From Eledone cirrhosa (Eukaryota), in contig OZ024741.1 in assembly GCA_964016885.1 (NCBI GenBank), positions 264,740,001 to 264,804,000 on the forward strand: a stretch of DNA of 64,000 nt, written 5' to 3'. A program made the translations under genes and the position numbers. The notes below the pieces were generated by a model. The model saw nothing but the letters and a program-made list of their open reading frames with translations. It had not been told where the DNA came from and ran no database searches. The stretch's first letter is position 1. Each line of letters opens with the position of its first letter. This document shows, in pieces, positions 56,009 to 64,000 of this stretch.

Positions 56009-56764
56009 GTATTTTTAACTCTGATACTGGTTCAGTCTAGTTCAACCGGATTGGTCTGTCCCAGTCATTCATTGAGCAACATTGGTGAAGTTGGCACCCT
56101 TAACTCACGGTTGGGTGCGGATGCATTCATGTATATGTGTGTGTCCGCATGTATCTGTGTGTTTCTAAATATATTGTTAATAACTCCCTCTGGTCGAGCA
56201 ATCTTTGAAGTGTGGGGACTGCTGGAAAGCTTCCATTACTCATACTTCTCGCCTCCTTCACCACCTCTTCTACGGCTTCGATATAAATACCCCCTCCGCC
56301 TCCGTGGTATTTTCTTCGGGGTTATAAGAGGCTTAGCTCTGTTTCTCGACCGTTATATCGCGTGACTATCTCCCCCTCCGCCTTTTGGGATTCTTTCTCA
56401 CGTCGTGTAGACGCGTTCTTGAGACTAGTAAAATGAGGTATCCTCTTGATAAGTCGGCAGACCTCGCAAGGACTCTATATCTTTATGATGTATTGTTTTT
56501 GTTTATGCCACGAAACTACGTAGTCGAGGAATCTAGGAGCAGTTTAGGTATGATACATTTTATTACTAATTATATCTAAATGTTTCTTCTCTCTTCATAA
56601 CGTATTTTTAACTCTGATACTGGTTCAGTCTAGTTCAACCGGATTGGTCTGTCCCAGTCATTCATTGAGCAACATCGGTGAAGTTGGCACCCTTAACTCA
56701 CGGTTGGGTGCGGATGCATTCATGTATATGTGTGTGTCCGCATGTATCTGTGTGTTTCTAAATA
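56009..56764. mobile_element. Two 163-bp direct repeats around a 430-bp non-coding core (TRIM-like element or local duplication)
   Basis: 56009-56171 and 56602-56764 differ at one position seen (aacattggtg vs aacatcggtg). Confidence 0.6.
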
Positions 56765-56770
56765 GATTAT

Positions 56771-56808
<38 letters not shown>

Positions 56809-56908
56809 CTGACGGAATACACACGTGTTTCTTTTCTCATTTTTTTTCGATCCTTTCTTATCTCACTCTCTAGTTTTCTATTTTATCTTTTATTTCTCAT
56901 TCTATCAT

Positions 56909-57041
<133 letters not shown>

Positions 57042-57094
57042 GATTTAAAACTGCACTATCCACAAGTGTTTTTAACCTTCATATCATGTCCTCC

Positions 57095-57165
57095 TATTTT
57101 ATCTGATGAAAACACAAATGCTATTGCATGATGATATTTGTTTTTGAATTGCGCATAATAAAATA
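57095..57165 (+). ncRNA. Degenerate hammerhead (H2), GAAA changed to GAAT
   Basis: tattttat CTGATGA...GAAT tgcgca TA ataaaata. The element at 57050-57198 is the reverse complement of 20408-20560. Confidence 0.55.
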
Positions 57166-57193
57166 CATGGAACTCATTTAACCATCTTTTGAT

Positions 57194-57278
<85 letters not shown>

Positions 57279-57392
57279 AAACATTCTATTTAAATTGTTG
57301 GGATACAACAACCAAATATTTTTATAACTGATATAAAGCACTCAACAAATAATTGGAGTAAAACACTCAACAAATAATTATTTGTTAATATC

Positions 57393-57455
<63 letters not shown>

Positions 57456-57525
57456 CACCCGGAATCGTTTTCTTCGAGCTCGTCCTATCAAGCTTACCCT
57501 ATATAATAGACAGGACCCCCTGGTC

Positions 57526-57809
<284 letters not shown>

Positions 57810-58046
57810 GGCTCAACAAAAACAAGTCTGCTTAGTCAGAGTCGACGTGGTGCTAAATCAACAAAAACATATGTCGTCTGTTAGTCAGAGTTGACATGGG
57901 GGCCAAGCAACAAAAACAAGTTTATTTTGGATGGAACAATGTTTTTTAATCGGCTCTGGTATATTTTATTTTCTCTGGAAAAATTTGAATTAAGAAACCT
58001 TCACGCATTGAATTCTGATGTTTCCCCCTGTTCCAATAATCATAAT

Positions 58047-58432
58047 AATTGTTTTTACTTTTGGCACAGGGCCAGCAATAACCCAGTGTATTACTGGTAC
58101 TTTATTTTATCGACCCCCGTAAGGATGAAAGGCAAAGTTAACCTCGGCGGGATTTGAACTCAGATTGGCAAGGGCCGTAACTCTATGCGTCAAAGCATGG
58201 CGTCCAACCCTCTACCGATACTGCCAATCAATGGCTTCTAACACAGACTCAAGGCCGCACATTTACTGGTCAGTGTTAATCGATTAAAATGATTCAAGCA
58301 CTTGGTTAGGAGTTCAATTGACTACAGAAGGATAAAAGGTCAAGTTGACCTCTGCGAAATTTGAACTCAGATTGTAAAGAACCAGGACGAATACGGCTAA
58401 TCCTTTTATCCGCTTTTCTAACCACTCAGCTA
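58047..58432 (-). mobile_element. Family A SINE plus an older diverged relative
   Basis: Typical copy at 58047-58228. 58235-58432 keeps aggataaaaggtcaagttgacctc...atttgaactcag. Confidence 0.8.
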
Positions 58433-58435
58433 ATT

Positions 58436-58975
58436 GTCTGCCTTATATGTAGTCCTAGATATGATATGTGGTAGTCATAGCTACAACACTTTTCATCGTA
58501 CTTCTGCTTTACATGTAGTCCTAGATATAATATGTGGTAGTCATAGCTACAACACTTTTCATCGTATTTCTTCTTTATATGTAGTCCTAGATATAATATG
58601 TGGTAGTCATAGCTACAACACTTTTCATCGTACTTCTGCTTTATATGTAGTCCTAGATATAATATGTGGTAGTCATAGCTACAACACTTTTCATCGTACT
58701 TCTGCTTTATATGTAGTCCTAGATATAATATGTGGTAGTCATAGCTACAACACTTTTCATCGTACTTCTGCTTTATATGTAGTCCTAGATATAATATGTG
58801 GTAGTCATAGCTACAACACTTTTCATCGTACTTCTTCTTTATATGTAGTCCTAGATATAATATGTGGTAGTCATAGCTACAACACCTTTATATGTAGTCC
58901 TAGATATAATATGTGGTAGTCATAGCTACAACACTTTTCATCGTACTTCTGCTTTACATGTAGTCCTAGATATAA
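58436..58975. repeat. 66-bp minisatellite, about 8 units
   Basis: tatatgtagtcctagatataatatgtggtagtcatagctacaacacttttcatcgtacttctgctt. Confidence 0.95.
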
Positions 58976-59160
58976 TTGTTTCTACTTTTGGCACAAGCCA
59001 GCGGATACCCAAGTGCATCACTGGTACTTTATTTTATCGACCTCGTAAGGATGAACGGCAAAGTTAACCTCGGCGGATTTGAACTCAGAACGCAAAGGGT
59101 CGTAACTATGCTGCAAAGCAATGGTGTCTGACGCTCTACCGATACTGCCAAACCACCGCC
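58975..59160 (-). mobile_element. Family A SINE
   Basis: Core on the minus strand. Satellite-like sequence resumes after it. Confidence 0.85.
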
Positions 59161-60089
59161 CTCGATATAATACGTGGTAGTTCTGCCTTATATGTAGTCC
59201 TAGATACAAGACGTGGTAGTTATCCCTGGAACTCTCTTGATCATAGGTATGCTGTATCAGGACTGACTTGGGGTTGAAGAAAAGCAACGGAAGATGACTG
59301 TTTTATACCAATATAACTGTACTCGGTTTATGCCAGGCATGGGCGGCATAAGTGAGACTCGTGCGACTCACGGACAGCACTTAGTCCATGACTGGTCTAT
59401 GCACTGAAAAAATGTTTCGGTTCCCATCGTTTAAACCAGACATTACACCTCATATAGTGATGGATTACGATAATGATAAGGATAGGGCTGTTGTTTATTA
59501 AAACATTTATTATGAGAAGCGATGAAAGTAATGCTTTAGGCGATGTAAAAAATATGAGGTAGGATGATCAATAATTTCTTTTCATCGTGTCACTTGGTAC
59601 ACTGGAATCAAAGACACCATTCACAAACATATCTTAGGTCGCTTATGTCTTTTGTAAAAGTAAAATAAAACTAGTGTTAAACAACTAGAAAACATATATT
59701 ATCTCTTTAACTCTCATTTCCTTCACAGATACAGGCTCGGCTGAGTGTATTAGTGCAGGGGCGGTGGGACTGGGATGGGGAAGCGGCAGGGAAGACCTCC
59801 CCACACACACACACACACCCCAGTGCAGGGGCGGTGGAACTGGGATGGGGGAGGGGACAGGGAATAGCCCCATCCCCAACGCCAATAATTATAGTTTTCT
59901 CCCCAAACTACCAAAATGCACATCTATTTGTATAAGCGCTACAATTTATGTACATGTTATGTTTGCCGGATATCGAAGTTTTCCGACCATTTTAGAGCCC
60001 AAATTGTCGAAATTTGTCCTCTTCCCCCAATTCAGAAATGCTTGACCACCCCTGTTGCGTGTGTTTGCGTATATTTGTGCCTGTCTATA

Positions 60090-60235
60090 CAGTGAAATTC
60101 CGTTATAACGAAATTCACGGAGTATAAAAAATTTCGTTGTAATGAAAAATTCTTTGTAACGAGATAGACCTAACACATCGAGCGTGTGGCCGGGGATTGA
60201 AAAAAAATTCGTTATACTGAAAATTTCGTTATATG
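60090..60235. mobile_element. pogo/Tigger-like MITE fragment
   Basis: TA|cagtgaaattccgttataacgaa with repeated tttcgttata motifs. Confidence 0.5.
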
Positions 60236-60253
60236 TGTATAGATGTATATGTG

Positions 60254-60299
<46 letters not shown>

Positions 60300-60300
60300 C

Positions 60301-60379
<79 letters not shown>

Positions 60380-60862
60380 CACATACACATATATATATAC
60401 ATATATATATGTGTGTATGTATATATGTATATGTATGACCCAGTAGTACCACCTTATATACAAGTAAATAATATATATTTACTAATGTCGAGGATTAAAT
60501 TGCAAAATAATTGATATGTGGATGGATTTCTCATATAAATTAATTTTTCATTGGATTTAGGGGTTAGAGAAAAAATACTTTCTATCCGAGTTCATGGCAA
60601 ATATCCCTAAAATTAACTATAGTAAGATTAGTGTCAATTGTAATTCTTAATCCTATTTTGCTAAATTATTTTCGGGGTCTTTTCTAAAGCTATCTAATTC
60701 ATGATCGAAATAAGTTGCGCGGGATTAAAAGGCTGATGTTTCTGTTCTCGGGGTATGAATCCCCTCCCAAAAGGTACCAAATATATAGAATTTAATGCGC
60801 AGCACTCTCTCTCTTTCTCACATACGCACAGACACACATATGTGTGTTTATATGTATGTATG

Positions 60863-60942
<80 letters not shown>

Positions 60943-61059
60943 CGTGTGTGTGTGTGTGTATGTATATAAAAGGTAAACAGAAATAACAACACAATGGTAC
61001 AGTATAACAGTATATGGAAGGGATATATTAAGTTAACGCTTGATATAGCAGGAACAGGG

Positions 61060-61095
61060 TCTTAACGTTTCGGATGCTAGTCCTTCATCAGAAGA
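61060..61095 (-). ncRNA. Minimal hammerhead motif (H5) in element 60965-61178
   Basis: Minus strand: tctt CTGATGA a ggac-tagc-atcc GAAA cg TT aaga. Confidence 0.62.
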
Positions 61096-61197
61096 AAGAA
61101 TGAGAAATAAGATAGATTGAGGGGACGGGCGGGTTGGAATTGGAAAAAATGTCTTTAGATAAAAATAACTGGTCCATACACACACACACACACACAC

Positions 61198-61400
61198 ATC
61201 ATCATCATCATCACCGTTTAACGTCAATTTTTCCATGCTGGCATGGGTTAGACGAGTTATCCTGTTGTGTGCAATGCTAGGTCAGGTGACCATGTCATGC
61301 TCATACTGAACCGATTTGGGCTTGATTTCTACAGCTGGATGCCTTCCCTAGCGCCAACCACATTTACAGTGAGTACTGGGTGCTTTTTGCCGTCACATCT
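61198..61400 (-). mobile_element. 3' part of a SINE/RTE-tailed repeat with (GAT)n tail
   Basis: Minus strand ggaaggcatccagctgtagaaa...catgccagcatggaaaaattgacgttaaacggtgatgatgatg. Confidence 0.6.
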
Positions 61401-61444
61401 ACACGACCACTTTGCAGTGTGGGCTGATATATATAATTATTATT

Positions 61445-61817
61445 ACTATGCCAACGATTTGGGGGAGAGGAAAAAGTCGATTAAATCGACTCAGTGTATG
61501 ACTGGTGTTTTATTTTATCGAACCTGTATCGATGAAAGACAACGCTAACCTCGATGGGATTCGAACTCAGAATGTAAAGGGCCGTCATGTTGTCAGACGC
61601 TTTACCGATACCTCTAATCCACCAATAATAATAATAATAATAATGATTGTTTCTACTTTAGGCATAAGGCCAGCAAATTACCCAGTGCATTACTGGTACT
61701 TTTATTTTATCGACCTCGTAAGGATGAAAGGCAAAGTCAACCTCGGCGGGATTTGAACTCAGATCGTAAAGGGACGTAACTATGCTGGGAAGCATGGCGT
61801 CCGACCCTCTACCGATA
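61445..61817 (-). mobile_element. Two family A SINEs (one old, one young)
   Basis: Diverged copy at 61445-61622, typical copy at 61646-61817. Confidence 0.85.
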
Positions 61818-62069
61818 AAGAGTCGGGGCCCGGCGGTAGAGCTCTTGCCCATTCAACAGCTAATTCCAGTCAGGAACTAGCTGTAAGTTGTTGGTGTTTC
61901 ATCAGAGATATGTACCCCTACCGCAATTCTCTGGTCACGAATCAGTGGCGCAAAATACGAGATAATTGTGGGTGCTTTGAATTCCAAGAACAACCCACCT
62001 GGCGGACATCGCGCATGTTCTAGAAAAGTCTAAAGTATGTCACGTGACTGGAGATTCATCAGGCTGGTG

Positions 62070-62339
62070 CTTATCCTTGTCATAGTATATATATACTCAC
62101 AGACGCCGTTCCTCCCCATATATTTGTATATATATATATATATACGTATATATATATATATATATATCCTTGTCATAATATATCCCGCCGAGGTTGACTT
62201 TGCCTTTCATCCTTACGGGGTCGATAAAATAAAGTACCAGTAATGCACTGGGTAATTGCTGGCCTTGTGCCTAAAGTATAAACAAATATATATATATACT
62301 CACAGACGCAGTTCCCCCCATATATTTGTATATATATAC

Positions 62340-62417
<78 letters not shown>

Positions 62418-62482
62418 TTGTCATAATATATATATATACTCACAGACGCAGTTCCCCCCATATATTTGTATATATCTATATA

Positions 62483-62540
<58 letters not shown>

Positions 62541-62600
62541 AATATATGGGGGGGGGCGGCGTCTGTGAGTATATATATATTATGACAAGGATATATATAT
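62070..62600. repeat. TA-linked minisatellite with a SINE fragment (62184-62284) and an inverted terminal unit
   Basis: tatccttgtcata...ctcacagacgc..cccccatatatttg is repeated, with its reverse complement at 62538-62595. Confidence 0.8.
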
Positions 62601-63274
62601 ATATATATATATACGTATATGTGTGTGTGTCTATATATATATGTGGTGGGGGGGGGGTATGTATGAGTGTCTGTGAAGGTATGTATGTGTATATATATAT
62701 ATATAAATATGCATATATATATGGGGGGGGTGTATGTATGAGTGTCTGTGAAGGTATGTATGTGTATATATATATATGCATATAAATATATACACATACA
62801 GACACTCACATACACCCACACAAAGACAAGCTCACACACACACACACACATACACACATATATATATATATACATACACACGCTCATATACAGAGACACA
62901 CCGTCAGCAGCCACACACCAATACACAGAACCAAGATGTTTATAGCAAACATCAGTTGAGAGATAAGACTAAGCTTGTGGTATTTATTGGTTGATCTGAA
63001 GCGGAAAGTTAAGATCTATACCTTAGTTAACACTTACATACATAGATAGCAGCATTAACGGTATTACACCCCACCCCACCAAACCCCACCCCACGTGTAT
63101 ATATATATATATATATATATACACGTACACATATATATATATGTATTTATGTATATGTATATATGTGTGTGCATGTGTGCATATATATATATATATACGT
63201 ATATATATATGTATATATGTATGTATATCTCATATATTTATATGTTCATACACACACACACATACATATATATA

Positions 63275-63350
<76 letters not shown>

Positions 63351-63354
<4 letters not shown>

Positions 63355-63403
63355 TTAAGCAAAGAATTGCTGCTTTCCCCCTTAACGGGATCTTCTGAAA
63401 CTT
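63351..63403 (-). ncRNA. Hammerhead-like motif with U4A core variant (family H7)
   Basis: Minus strand: aagttt CAGAAGA tcccg-ttaa-gggg GAAA gca-gcaattctt-tgc TT aaactt. Relatives at 9562-9622 and 9740-9830, and a partial one at 45650-45745. Confidence 0.45.
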
Positions 63404-63409
63404 ACAAAA

Positions 63410-63467
63410 ATCAATCTGTGAACGCAGAAGTAAATATATATGTGTATGTGTGTGTGTGTGTGTGTAA

Positions 63468-63552
<85 letters not shown>

Positions 63553-63716
63553 CAGATAGACAGATACTCTAAGACTGATATTATCATGAACCATTTCAAA
63601 AATTCCTGAAACAGGACTCCCAACGTGATATCCCATGACGTCATGACGTCGTGTCATGTGTTATCTGTATTATCTAAATTAGCAGAAAAACCACCCTTCG
63701 AGTGGTTTTCTGCTAG
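63410..63716 (+). mobile_element. Helitron-related fragment
   Basis: aatctgtgaacgcagaagtaaata is shared with the Helitron at 41020-42065. It ends in a hairpin and tgCTAG. Confidence 0.45.
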
Positions 63717-64000
63717 CATGTGTAGTGTGTATATTGATATTATACGCAGGTATATATACATGTAGATATGATACATCAAATAAAATCGTAATTGACAATA
63801 TACACAGAAATTGAACGAAGACTGCGTTACACTGTCTTATGTAATCAGAAACGTAATCCATGATACATTAAAAAAAGACGATATTATATATAAACTGCAT
63901 TAGCAGAAAATTAGTGACGGAAATATATGAATTTAAGCGATCGCCACCGGAAGTGTTGACATTTGAAGATTTTAAAGAAGTGAATATTTAAATAAATAAT

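Noticed and set aside
58434-58919. 161-aa protein with 22-aa repeats
   Set aside because: Translation of the 66-bp minisatellite between SINEs.
59334-60053. Single hAT element from caggcatgggc to ttgaccacccctg
   Set aside because: The ends match poorly and the flanking 8-mers are not duplicated.

Overview
Eukaryotic, AT-rich DNA that is almost entirely repeats and looks intronic or intergenic. The SINE families and the (TA)n/(CA)n load resemble a cephalopod (Octopus-like) genome; this is inference from recalled repeat families. No host protein-coding gene is supported, and the long ORFs are translations of simple repeats. The window holds about 25 copies of a tRNA-headed SINE, other SINE families, 3' fragments of RTE- and CR1-group LINEs, non-autonomous Helitrons, hAT-, piggyBac- and pogo-like MITEs, and several minisatellite arrays. 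The main signal is at least seven unrelated short elements sitting in (TA)n tracts that carry type I hammerhead ribozyme folds (CUGANGA...GAAA...NUH with paired stems I-III). One family shows compensatory stem changes between copies. Many of these elements form near-perfect fold-back palindromes whose two arms share copy-specific mutations. This fits Penelope-like element pseudo-LTRs or retrozyme-like non-autonomous elements. All folds were read by eye and none has been tested.
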